A stretch of 64,000 nt of DNA, from assembly GCA_035536275.1 (NCBI GenBank), contig DATLOL010000168.1, forward strand, positions 19,179-83,178. The letters run 5' to 3'. A program made the translations under genes and the position numbers. Origin of the DNA: Thermoanaerobaculia bacterium (lineage in GTDB: Bacteria; Acidobacteriota; Thermoanaerobaculia; Gp7-AA8). Of the stretch, positions 27,401 through 35,191 are shown piece by piece. The notes below the pieces were generated by a model, which did no database searches, was not told the origin of the DNA, and saw only the letters and a list, made by a program, of their open reading frames with translations. How positions within the stretch are numbered: position 1 is the stretch's first letter; every line of letters starts with the position of its first letter.

Positions 27401-28681
27401 CGTCCTCAATACCGTCCGCCCGAGCTTCGCGGCGATCTCGCTTCCCAGCTTCGATGCGTCGGGCGCGAACACCGGCTCGCGCAGCTCGATCGTCGACGTC
27501 GGAACGTCGCCGATCTCGTACGAGGACGGCAGGGGCACGGTCCGATCGAGCAGCTCGCCGATGACCAGCGGCCGGGGCGGGTCGAAGCGCCGTTCGACGG
27601 AGTCATAGGAGAACAGGACCACCAGATCGGCTTTCGTCGCGGCCTGGATTCGCTCCGCGACGGCGAACTCGATGTCGTCGATCTGCAGATCGGTGGTCAG
27701 GACCTGTCCGACGGACTGCAGGAGGTCGAGGGACTGAAACAGCTCGATGCCGTTCAATGCCGTCGCCACGTGGTTTCCCAGGATCTCGAGAATGCGAACG
27801 TCTTCGTCGTCGTAGATGTCCTGCGCGATGTGCTGCACGAGCAGGAATCCGACGGGCGTCGTGCGCAGACTGAGCGGGACGAACACGTTGGACTGGGCGC
27901 GGCCGCCGAGGGGAAAGCCGAAGTCGTCCAGCGGATCGTTCGGTGAGCGGACGACCTTGTTCGCCTCGAGCGCCGCGCGGCAGGCGTCGTACAGCCGCAA
28001 ACCGATTCGCGTGCCGCGCTCGCCGTCCAGCCGGTGATGGAGATCGACCGTGAGCCCGGTCCGGTCGATCACCCCGAGCATGAACGAGTACTCGGTGTCG
28101 ATCGTGCCCGAGACCTGTTCCAGGAGCTGCTTGAACAGGTCAGGAACGGTGGTCAGGTTCTGATTGATCGCGTTGCCGATCTGAACGACGTTCTTGTAGC
28201 GGATGAACGACCACGCCGTCTGCAGCTCCGCGGCGCTGCGATCGCCGAACCGGACCAGCTTCTCGGTGTCGGGAGGCAGGAACGTTCTCTGTGCGACATA
28301 GTTGAGGTACAGAACAGCGAAGGGGTGGCGGCGCGCGGGCATCATCAGCCGCACGGCCATGAACGAGCGGATCTGCTCCCGCTCCGTGAACGAGCTCTGA
28401 TAACGCCCCGTCGCCGCGACGTTGTTGACGACCAGATAGCGCTCGGCCAGCGTGTCCTGCGTAATGCCTTGCGGGCGCGGCGCGGCAAACTGGAAGGGCT
28501 TCCGGAACTTGCCCGCGGTGTGCGGCGGAGAGAGGAATGCGCCGGTGGCAGGGTTGAAGAGATACAGCACGCAGTTGTCGCAGCCGAACTCCGCGAGCGC
28601 CGTCTCGAGGATGGCGGTGCTCACAGCGACGAGGTCGTCATTGGGGACAGACTCCTCGGGCCCGGGCGCAAGGTTCGTCAC
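24440..28681 (-). CDS. Sensor histidine kinase with about seven tandem GAF domains
   Basis: Seven recurrences of the GAF tail pattern, for example FMAVRLM..FAVLYLNY, VFVPLSL..VGFLLVQH, AVAVPLRIAGVTVGALYLNY, HPLI....VIGVLNFES, LIAPMHDG.SLWGVLLLAG, VAVPLVG...LIGVLNVES and MVAPVFINNTIYGSIGMS. These are followed by DHp (DLAHRLGEG) and HATPase_c (LQNLADNAV, DDGPGV, GWGLF). Start set at GTG 28681, because codons between 28681 and ATG 28828 have poor GC3 and an Arg-run translation. No TM helix is evident, so the protein is probably cytoplasmic. Confidence 0.85.
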   Translation of the reverse strand: MTNLAPGPEESVPNDDLVAVSTAILETALAEFGCDNCVLYLFNPATGAFLSPPHTAGKFRKPFQFAAPRPQGITQDTLAERYLVVNNVAATGRYQSSFTEREQIRSFMAVRLMMPARRHPFAVLYLNYVAQRTFLPPDTEKLVRFGDRSAAELQTAWSFIRYKNVVQIGNAINQNLTTVPDLFKQLLEQVSGTIDTEYSFMLGVIDRTGLTVDLHHRLDGERGTRIGLRLYDACRAALEANKVVRSPNDPLDDFGFPLGGRAQSNVFVPLSLRTTPVGFLLVQHIAQDIYDDEDVRILEILGNHVATALNGIELFQSLDLLQSVGQVLTTDLQIDDIEFAVAERIQAATKADLVVLFSYDSVERRFDPPRPLVIGELLDRTVPLPSSYEIGDVPTSTIELREPVFAPDASKLGSEIAAKLGRTVLRTESLFQKREQVASAVAVPLRIAGVTVGALYLNYRQPQTFAGPQTRVIRGLSVFSAIAINNARLYSKRGEQHSRKLAAIRLIDQQLNQSRSLSDVLHAIVSGANDIVKADRASLLLLVDGKLRVATSVGKTPHEINRPLNVDSPKGISAWAFRQGQPAVANNVRNDPFWSTLFIDTGDGMESELDHPLIDNESVIGVLNFESSDPRHFNAEHAEFVDTLAGQVVIAVKKAQAYEDAMRRAHEHQRLIGFTTAVVGKLQREEILEQTLTHAKDAARVEAGIIFLYDDESDELEAKISHGFPHVDQLPRLKRNRGLIGGQSARSRMTIAVNPRKSVATTDEERDFLADFPSVLIAPMHDGTSLWGVLLLAGHGETTFDDGTQRVVRAIASAAAMAFQSSDRYHEATERRRQMRTLLELSQKTIAEAKDPNDVLRAVVRSALELTRATRSDLDLHDSNEELVRTLYCNREESGLATPITEIDLVKARPADLKRGIMAKVARDKEGYRALGDAYKDEWYQGKPGIHSEVAVPLVGHERKLIGVLNVESTDFNAFDDDDKELLQLFADEAVLAMEITSSQNLARRELQRFNALLDAGEALSALSGSQRLEASSIVVREAAEQCSCFAVVRAYDFAANEFRLVAKAGEGAEPFPSIPITDSVYAQVFKDRWEDVMIEDLQYPPYEYGPISLSDKSSRSLMVAPVFINNTIYGSIGMSHPRPRYFAEPDRKLIRGLARLLAVTLQRMDSAERETELLERNKNAAIMVSMGDAALDLAHRLGEGLGGVDSRIDFARMDLDRGDRLAAEAHLKAVTTSVSRVIAFGQQLRDNVKAVTSSDPAPFSLADIVNDIDKLAAPLGYEVINEITPDTPRIYAAANDVRLILQNLADNAVAAMNGSGRIWLRARSNGHMVEIEFADDGPGVPVRERPHIFRLGVSSKESSGWGLFSARSKAIINRGDLILADSERGARFVLTLPRAEVEVTYGNRRDASDLAH

Positions 28682-28850
28682 GGCGCTTCCACTCTGATGT
28701 GTGTGATTTCTGCCATCATACCGGAACTTGATTCCGGCGATGGAACCGGAAGTCTTCAGCGTTTGCGTTCTGCGGCAACGCCGACGCCGGCGAAGAGCGC
28801 GCCGAGGATGGCGAACCGTCTCATTCACCGTTACACTTCACGCAAATCTC

Positions 28851-29237
28851 ATGACGACCGAAAACGTGCCCGTCCGGAAGCCGTCCTACGACTGCCTCAA
28901 GTGTCCCGCCTACTGCTGCAGCTACGAGCGGATCATCGTCGAAAACAAGGACTTGAAACGCTTGGCGCGGCACTTCGGGATCGACGTCGAGACCGCCCGC
29001 CGCCGCTTCACCAAGATCACCAGCGGCGAGCAGGTGCTGCGTCATCAGAAGGACAAGATCTACGGCTCGATCTGCATGTTTCTCGACACCAGGACCCGCC
29101 GCTGCACGATCTACGACGCGCGCCCCGGCGTCTGTCACGAGTACCCGGACAGACCGCGTTGCGGCTACTACGACTTTCTGAAGTGGGAGCGGACGCATCA
29201 GGAAGACGAAAAGTTCATTCCGCTCAAGCGCGGGTGA
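28851..29237 (+). CDS. YkgJ-family cysteine-cluster protein (CxxCxxCC)
   Basis: CLKCPAYCCS ... C.F......C.IY..RP.VC..YP. Start at MTTENVP. Confidence 0.8.
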   Translation: MTTENVPVRKPSYDCLKCPAYCCSYERIIVENKDLKRLARHFGIDVETARRRFTKITSGEQVLRHQKDKIYGSICMFLDTRTRRCTIYDARPGVCHEYPDRPRCGYYDFLKWERTHQEDEKFIPLKRG

Positions 29238-29262
29238 CGCGAGTGCGCTGCCTCATCTCCTG

Positions 29263-29354
29263 ATGTTGCTGGTTGCTGTGTTGCTGGTTCCTTGGGATAC
29301 ATGGCCTGAAACCCATGCCGCGCCAGCAACGAGCAACACAGCAACCAGCAACAT
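29263..29354. repeat. Palindromic element, family B (GTTGCTG heptamer arms)
   Basis: Left arm atgttgctggttgctgtgttgctgg. Right arm ccagcaacgagcaacacagcaaccagcaacat. Confidence 0.85.
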
Positions 29355-29394
29355 CTCGGGATGACGCACTCGCCCTGAGCGTGTTCTTCCTCGC

Positions 29395-30366
29395 ATGATT
29401 CGACGCTTTCTCGCGCTCGTGCTGCTGGCGGCCACGAGCGTCTCCGCGCAGGTCTCCGAGGAAGTCTCGGTCAGTTACGTGATGGTCCCTTTCACCGTCC
29501 TCGGGCGGAAAGGCGTGCCCGTCACTGATCTCGACAAGAAGGAAGTGACGCTCCGCGTCGACGGCCAGAAAGTCGCGACGGACATGTTCGAGCGCTCGTT
29601 CAACGCGCCCGTGTCGTGGACGATCCTCCTGGACGGTTCGGGATCGATGGGACTGGCGGGCAAAGCCGAGGCGGCCAAGGCGGTCATCAATGCGCTGACG
29701 GCGCGCCGCAAGGCCGGGGACGACTTCGCGCTGTTCCTGTTCACGTCCGAGGGACATGCGAAAGAGCTCGTGCCATTCACGGAGAATCCGGCCGCGATCA
29801 CGCGCGCGGTCGACGTCGTCAAGCCGTGGGGCAAGACCGCGTTCTTCGACGCGCTGGCGGAGATGCCGGAGCACAGCGAGCTGGGACGCAATCCCTCGCG
29901 CGCGATCATCCTGCTCAGCGACGGCATCGACAACGCCTCGCGACTCACCCGCGAGCAGATCGAGAAGCAGCTCGAAGGCGTGGCCATCCCGATTTACGCC
30001 TTCGGTCTGCGCGAGCCCGGAGAGCAGAGGCAGGTGCGCAAGAACGCGCCGATCAACGAAGAGATGGCGAACATCGATCTGCTCGAGGAACTGGCGGTCG
30101 CGACCGGAGGCAACCTCTTTGTCGGCAACCAGCCGGAGCATTTGGCACGGGCAATGGATGGAATCGAACGAACTCTGCGGGCCCAGTACCTCATTGGGTT
30201 TTCCCCTACGGGAAAGGGTGCAGTAAAGTACCGCCGCATTTCGCTGGAGCTCGCGGGGCGCGTGCGTTCCGTTCGGGTTCGGGCCGGCTACCGCGGCACC
30301 GAGCCACCGGTGTTGAGCACCGCGTCCCGTGGGAGCCGGCGCAACGAAAGGAAGAACAGTCGATGA
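29395..30366 (+). CDS. Secreted von Willebrand factor A domain protein
   Basis: Signal peptide, MIDAS DGSGSM, ..T.F.DAL and LLSDG.DN.S. Confidence 0.8.
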   Translation: MIRRFLALVLLAATSVSAQVSEEVSVSYVMVPFTVLGRKGVPVTDLDKKEVTLRVDGQKVATDMFERSFNAPVSWTILLDGSGSMGLAGKAEAAKAVINALTARRKAGDDFALFLFTSEGHAKELVPFTENPAAITRAVDVVKPWGKTAFFDALAEMPEHSELGRNPSRAIILLSDGIDNASRLTREQIEKQLEGVAIPIYAFGLREPGEQRQVRKNAPINEEMANIDLLEELAVATGGNLFVGNQPEHLARAMDGIERTLRAQYLIGFSPTGKGAVKYRRISLELAGRVRSVRVRAGYRGTEPPVLSTASRGSRRNERKNSR

Positions 30367-30977
30367 CCAATTACACCAGGGTGCTTTCCGCGGCCGCGCT
30401 CGCCGTAATGCTGTCCGCGTGCGCGACCAACAAGGCGGTCGATCAGAAGATCGCCGAGGCGCAGGCACAGACGAATCAGAAGATCGAGTCGGTCTCCGGA
30501 CAGGTCGAGGATCTGCAGCAGAAGCAGCAGCAGACCGACGTCCGGCTCGAGGAGCTCAGCCAGTCCGCGCAGGAAGCGCTCAAGCGGGCGCAGGAAGCGG
30601 GCGTGCTGGCCAAGGGCAAAGTGGTCTTCGAGCAGACCTTCTCCGAGGATCGCATCAAGTTCAAGCTCGACTCGTATGAGCTGTCGGCCGACGCGAAGGC
30701 CGCGCTCGACGAGTTCGCCGGCCGCGTGAAGGGTCTCGAGGCCTCGTACTTCATCGAGATCCAGGGCCACACCGACGACACCGGTGGTGAGCGCTACAAC
30801 GAGGAGCTCGGCCAGCGCCGCGCGGACTCGGTGCGCCGCTACCTCTCCCGCGAGCACAAGCTCGCGCTGAATCGCATGTCGACGATCTCCTACGGAGACA
30901 CGCTGCCGCTCGAGTCGAACAAGACCCGGACCGGCCGCGCAGCCAACCGCCGCGTCGTCATCGTCGTCCTCGAATAG
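30363..30977 (+). CDS. OmpA-family lipoprotein with N-terminal coiled coil
   Basis: Lipobox LSAC, a Q/E-rich coiled coil and the OmpA C-terminal block IQGHTDDTGGERYN.ELG.RRA..V..YL ... NRRVVIVV. ATGA overlap with the vWA stop. Confidence 0.85.
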   Translation: MTNYTRVLSAAALAVMLSACATNKAVDQKIAEAQAQTNQKIESVSGQVEDLQQKQQQTDVRLEELSQSAQEALKRAQEAGVLAKGKVVFEQTFSEDRIKFKLDSYELSADAKAALDEFAGRVKGLEASYFIEIQGHTDDTGGERYNEELGQRRADSVRRYLSREHKLALNRMSTISYGDTLPLESNKTRTGRAANRRVVIVVLE

Positions 30978-31000
30978 GCCACAGCCTCACGCGGTACCAA

Positions 31001-31035
31001 AAGCCGGCGTACGCACGCCGGCTTTTTTGTTTTTG
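31001..31035 (+). terminator. Rho-independent terminator
   Basis: Stem agccggcgt / acgccggct with a 4-nt loop (acgc), followed by TTTTTGTTTTT, 24 nt after the OmpA-like stop. Confidence 0.7.
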
Positions 31036-31064
31036 GGGGGGCTCGGTAGCAGCCCCCTTCGCAG

Positions 31065-31169
31065 TTTATCCCGCGAGCAGACGCGGGATCTCGGGTACAC
31101 CTGCGTTCCTCGCGCGACGCACGACCAGCGTAGCCGAACCGGAGATCCTGCGTCTTCGCGCAGGATAAA
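31065..31169. repeat. Palindromic element, family D (intergenic copy)
   Basis: tttatcccgcgagcagacgcgggatctc ... ggagatcctgcgtcttcgcgcaggataaa. Same arms as 997-1098. Confidence 0.85.
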
Positions 31170-31172
31170 GTT

Positions 31173-31916
31173 TTAAGCAAACGTCGCCACGACCGGAGCG
31201 TGGTCGCTGGTACCGACCTCGCGCAGCGAAGGGCAGGAGACTGCCTTCTTCGCCAGCTCTTCGCTGGCCAGCACGTAGTCGAGGCGCCAGCCGATGTTGC
31301 GCTCGCGCATGTTGCGCCACGGCGCCCACCAACTGAAGTACGTGTCGTCGTCCGGATGGAGCATGCGTCCGACGTCGACCAGGCCGCCGTCGCGCAGGAG
31401 CTGCTCGAACAGCTCGCGCTCCGTCGGCAGTTGTCCGATCGCGCGCGGCTTGCGCTCTTTCGGGTGCACGTCCATGTCCGAGCGGGCGATGTTCATATCG
31501 CCGCACAGCACCAGCTTCAGCCCCTGTCCACGCAGCCCGGCCGCGTAATCGATCAGCGAGTGGATGAACGCGATCTTCGCTTCGAAGTCCTTCCCGCCGT
31601 TCGGAACGTACACGCTGGTGAACACTGTGTCCTCGATTTGAGCCTGCACGATGCGGGTCTCGTGATCGAACTCCGGATGCGTGCAGGCCACGTTCTGGGC
31701 GAACTCCGTGCGGATGTGCAGCCCCACGCCGGAGTAGCCGCCCGCACCGTGCCAGTAGCACGTATATCCTTCCAGGGAACAGGTTTGCGGGATCTGATCG
31801 AGCCTGGCCTTGATCTCCTGCAGACAGATGACGTCGGGCTGCTCGGCCGCGGCGAACTGGACGAACTGCTCGTGCCGCGCGCGGATCCCGTTGACGTTCC
31901 AGGTGGCGATTTTCAT
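31173..31916 (-). CDS. xth: Exodeoxyribonuclease III
   Basis: MKIATWNVNG.R, D..CLQE.K, GY.GV, GD.N.A, ...W.....R..N.G.R.DY and SDH.P. Start at 31916. Confidence 0.9.
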   Translation of the reverse strand: MKIATWNVNGIRARHEQFVQFAAAEQPDVICLQEIKARLDQIPQTCSLEGYTCYWHGAGGYSGVGLHIRTEFAQNVACTHPEFDHETRIVQAQIEDTVFTSVYVPNGGKDFEAKIAFIHSLIDYAAGLRGQGLKLVLCGDMNIARSDMDVHPKERKPRAIGQLPTERELFEQLLRDGGLVDVGRMLHPDDDTYFSWWAPWRNMRERNIGWRLDYVLASEELAKKAVSCPSLREVGTSDHAPVVATFA

Positions 31917-31944
31917 GGTCCGGGGATTGTATTCGCGACCCCTC

Positions 31945-32625
31945 ATGCGCAAAGCAGCACTCCTCCTCCTCCTTCTCACCGTGACCACCACCGCGTTCGC
32001 CCAGGACGACGACGACTGGCGCGGCCGGCGCGGCCGCGATCGTGATCGCGATCGCTACGATGCCCCGCGCGACAACGCGTTCGAGATCACGCCCTTCGTC
32101 GGCTACCGCTGGGGCGGAACGATCTTCGCCAACCAGACTTTCATCTTCGGCGAGGACGTCGACGTCGAGCCCTCCATGAACCTCGGCGGCAGCATCGGCA
32201 TCCCCCTCGGCGACTCCGGCTTCAAGCTCGAGCTGATGGCCAACCATCAGTCCTCGGAGCTGGAGACCGGCAGCGGCCTGTTCGAGCCCGACAACGACGT
32301 CGCCGACATCGACGTGACCTACATCCAGGGCGGCCTGCAGATCCCGTTCGCCCGCTCGCGCAACGCATCGCCGTACGTGAGCGTGATGGCCGGCATCGCC
32401 AATCTCGATCCGCAGATCCGAGGCGTGTCCGCGGAGCAGCGCTTCTCCGCGTCGGCCGGCATCGGCGTCAAGGTGCCGATGAACAGCATGCTCAGCTTCC
32501 GCTTCGAGGGCCGCGGCTACTACACGTCGCTCGAAGAGGAGGACGAGTGCACGATCTGCGACTACTTCTACAACGAGGACTTCTACCAGGGCGAGGTGAA
32601 CGCCGGTTTGGTATTCTCATTCTGA
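31945..32625 (+). CDS. Outer-membrane beta-barrel protein (OmpW/porin-family-like)
   Basis: Signal peptide ..TTAFAQ, alternating amphipathic beta strands and a C-terminal aromatic residue (..AGLVFSF). Confidence 0.65.
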   Translation: MRKAALLLLLLTVTTTAFAQDDDDWRGRRGRDRDRDRYDAPRDNAFEITPFVGYRWGGTIFANQTFIFGEDVDVEPSMNLGGSIGIPLGDSGFKLELMANHQSSELETGSGLFEPDNDVADIDVTYIQGGLQIPFARSRNASPYVSVMAGIANLDPQIRGVSAEQRFSASAGIGVKVPMNSMLSFRFEGRGYYTSLEEEDECTICDYFYNEDFYQGEVNAGLVFSF

Positions 32626-32626
32626 C

Positions 32627-33100
32627 GTGATCAGTCGCATTCTCGCCGCGCTGGCCTACGCCGGCGCGGCGTTTTTCTTTGGGATGGCCCTCGGCGAGCG
32701 CGGTGAGCTCGGCGTGGTGCAGTACGTGTTCACGGTCGTCATCCCCATCGCCGCCCTGGTCATCGCGGTGATCTCGAAACGCAATCGCGCGCACATCGTG
32801 ATCACCGGCGCGCTCATGCTCGGCGGCCTGCTCCTCGGACAGCGCCAGTTCCGCCACGCCTGGGAGGATTGCCTCACCCGCGGATACGAAGTGCGTGACG
32901 CGCTACTGAAGCTGGAAGGCGACTATCCCGCGCGCCTCGAAAACCCACCCTGCCGCGCCGGATTCCGGACGACGATCCTGCACTACCTGTCGAACGAGCG
33001 CGGGTTTCGGTTGTGGATGACGAATGATCGTCAGGTAGTGAACTTCGACTCGCGTGTCATCCCGAGCGCAGTCGAGGGACCCCCTGCCTCGCAGCGATGA
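32627..33100 (+). CDS. Hypothetical membrane protein
   Basis: GTG start 1 nt after the upstream stop, with three hydrophobic helices. The last ~15 residues (VIPSAVEGPPASQR) are encoded by a family C repeat arm. Confidence 0.45.
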   Translation: MISRILAALAYAGAAFFFGMALGERGELGVVQYVFTVVIPIAALVIAVISKRNRAHIVITGALMLGGLLLGQRQFRHAWEDCLTRGYEVRDALLKLEGDYPARLENPPCRAGFRTTILHYLSNERGFRLWMTNDRQVVNFDSRVIPSAVEGPPASQR

Positions 33101-33132
33101 AGGGGATCCCTCGACTACGCTCGGGATGACAC
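33054..33132. repeat. Palindromic element, family C
   Basis: gtgtcatcccgagcgcagtcgagggaccccc ... ggggatccctcgactacgctcgggatgacac. Confidence 0.9.
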
Positions 33133-33137
33133 ATGGG

Positions 33138-34178
33138 TCAGCTCCACCGGAAAATCTTCAAGCCCACCACGCCGCTGACGACCGTCCACACCGCGAGGTT
33201 GATCAGCTGCGGGAGCACGTCCGCGCTGCCGTCGTTCATGACCATGCGCAGCGCGTCGGCGAGGGCGGTCAGCGGCAAGGCGCGGATCACCGGCTTCACC
33301 GCATCAGGGAATCGCTCGTACGAGAAGAACACGCCCGAGCAGATCCACATCGGCATCATCACCACGTTCATCAAGCCGCTCACCGCCTCCAACGTCTTCG
33401 CGCGCGACGACACGAGGATGCCGATGCCCGCGAACGCGGCGCCGCCGAGGAGACAGATCAGGCAGAAGAGGAGAAACGAGCCGCGGATCTCGACGTCGAA
33501 CACGAGCCACGCGAAGGCCGTCACCATCGCCACCTCGAAGACGAGGAACACCAGGCGCGAGATGAACTGTGCGACGAGGAACTGCCACTTCCGCATCGGC
33601 GTGGCCAGGAAACGCTTCAGCAGTTTCTTGAGGCGCGCGTTCACGACCGCGAAGCTGATGCTCCACATGCCCGTGCCCATCAGGTTCATGGCGATGAGAC
33701 CCGGCACGAGGAAGTCGACGTAGCGCGAGCCCTGCTCCGCGACCTTCACTTCCTTCGCCCGGAACGCGTCGCGCCGTCCGGCGCCGCCCTGCAGCGCATC
33801 GTCGACTTCCACGCGCGCGGTGCGCGACTCGGGACGGGTCGCATCGTACCGATACACCGGCACCTCGCCGCCCTCGACGAACAGGGAGATCTTGCCGCGA
33901 CGCAGCTCCTCGCGTCCCGCGTCGAGTGCGTACACGCGCGGCTGCAGCGCGGGCGACTTCTTCATCGCCGCTAGATGCTTCTGCGCCGACGGCCCTTCCG
34001 CAATGCCGACCGGAATCCGGTCCGGCGGCTTCTCGCGGAACGCGAATCCGAGGGCGAGGGTGAGCAGGAGCGGGAAGACGAAGACCCAGAACACCGCGTC
34101 GGGCTCGCGGATGAACTCCTTGAGGCGAAACACGGTCAGCTCGGTGAGCGCCGAATGGGTGGGGCGTTTCTCAGGCAT
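33138..34178 (-). CDS. ABC-2 type transporter permease
   Basis: One N-terminal TM helix, a ~150-aa extracytoplasmic loop and five C-terminal TM helices. It overlaps the ATPase gene stop by 8 nt. Confidence 0.85.
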   Translation of the reverse strand: MPEKRPTHSALTELTVFRLKEFIREPDAVFWVFVFPLLLTLALGFAFREKPPDRIPVGIAEGPSAQKHLAAMKKSPALQPRVYALDAGREELRRGKISLFVEGGEVPVYRYDATRPESRTARVEVDDALQGGAGRRDAFRAKEVKVAEQGSRYVDFLVPGLIAMNLMGTGMWSISFAVVNARLKKLLKRFLATPMRKWQFLVAQFISRLVFLVFEVAMVTAFAWLVFDVEIRGSFLLFCLICLLGGAAFAGIGILVSSRAKTLEAVSGLMNVVMMPMWICSGVFFSYERFPDAVKPVIRALPLTALADALRMVMNDGSADVLPQLINLAVWTVVSGVVGLKIFRWS

Positions 34179-35097
34179 CGCGCAGCTCCCTTCCCGTCAG
34201 CGCGACGAACAGATCCTCGAGTGTCGCAGCGTGCGTGGAGAGCGTCTCCAGATGCACGCCGCGCGCGTCGACGACCGAGATGAGCTGCGGCACGGCGACG
34301 GCCAGCGAGTCGACGCGCAACTGCCACGCTTCGCCGCGTCGCGCGGCGCCGTGGAATCCGTGGAGCGACTGGAACGCATCCGCGTCGAGCGCCGGAACAG
34401 TGATCAACTCGATCACGTGCGGCGCGTCCAGCTTCGCGATCAGCTCCTTCGGCGTGCCGAGGGCGATGCGCTTGCCGTGATCGATAATGGCGATGCGGTC
34501 GCAGAGCCGCTCCGCTTCTTCCATGTAGTGCGTCGTCAGCAGAATCGTTCCGCCGCGCTCGCGGTACCCGGTGACGACCTCCCAGAGCTGCAGGCGGCTC
34601 TGCGGATCGAGTCCGGTGGTGGGCTCGTCCATGAAAAGGATCTCCGGCTCGCCGACCAAGGAGCAGGCCACCGCCAGACGCTGCTTCTGGCCGCCGGAGA
34701 GCTTGCCCACACGCGAGTTCCGCTTCTCGTCCAGCGACAGCGCCCGCAACAGATCCTCGGGATCGCGCCCGCTGCGGTAGAACGATCGGAACAGCCGCAG
34801 CGTCTCGTACACGGTCATCTTCTCGCTGAGCTGCGTCTCCTGCAGCGACACGCCGATGCGCTCCCGGATGTCGCGCTCGCTGTCGTTCCAGTTCAGGCCG
34901 AGGATGCGCACCTCGCCGCTGTCGGGCGTGTTGAGACCTTCGAGAATCTCGATGGTGGTCGTCTTCCCCGCGCCGTTCGGGCCGAGGAGCCCGAAGCACT
35001 CGCCGCGGCCGACCTCGAGATCGATGCCGTCGACGGCTTTGACGTCCGGGTAGTGCTTTCGCAGGTCTCGGCAGAGGATGGCCAGATTGTCAGTCAC
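34171..35097 (-). CDS. ABC transporter ATP-binding protein (DrrA/ABC-2 type)
   Basis: GLLGPNGAGKTTT, LSGGQKQRL..A and LFMDEPTTGLD. GTG 35097 is preferred over ATG 35118, because the latter lies inside the family E hairpin. Confidence 0.9.
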   Translation of the reverse strand: MTDNLAILCRDLRKHYPDVKAVDGIDLEVGRGECFGLLGPNGAGKTTTIEILEGLNTPDSGEVRILGLNWNDSERDIRERIGVSLQETQLSEKMTVYETLRLFRSFYRSGRDPEDLLRALSLDEKRNSRVGKLSGGQKQRLAVACSLVGEPEILFMDEPTTGLDPQSRLQLWEVVTGYRERGGTILLTTHYMEEAERLCDRIAIIDHGKRIALGTPKELIAKLDAPHVIELITVPALDADAFQSLHGFHGAARRGEAWQLRVDSLAVAVPQLISVVDARGVHLETLSTHAATLEDLFVALTGRELRDA

Positions 35098-35110
35098 GCG
35101 CGCGGAAGAT

Positions 35111-35189
35111 AGTCTCAAAGTCGCAAAGTCTCAAAGAGCAAAGCGGTGCGACCGCCGATTCTCCTTTGAGACTTTGCGACTTTGAGACT
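35111..35189. repeat. Palindromic element, family E: perfect 26-bp inverted repeat agtctcaaagtcgcaaagtctcaaag
   Basis: The arms at 35111-35136 and 35164-35189 are exact reverse complements. It fills almost the entire 94-nt divergent intergenic region. Confidence 0.9.
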
Positions 35190-35191
35190 CC

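Noticed and set aside
28682-28828. ATG at 28828 as the start of the multi-GAF kinase (MNETVRHPRRALRRRRRCRR...).
   Set aside because: Codons in this stretch have many A/T third positions, unlike the rest of the gene, and the peptide is an implausible Arg run. GTG 28681 is preferred, but the start remains uncertain.
29395-30977. The vWA + OmpA-like lipoprotein pair as a special (Bat-like or defence) module.
   Set aside because: This is a common envelope-protein pairing. There are no ATPase, protease or other partner genes, and nothing unusual in the sequences.
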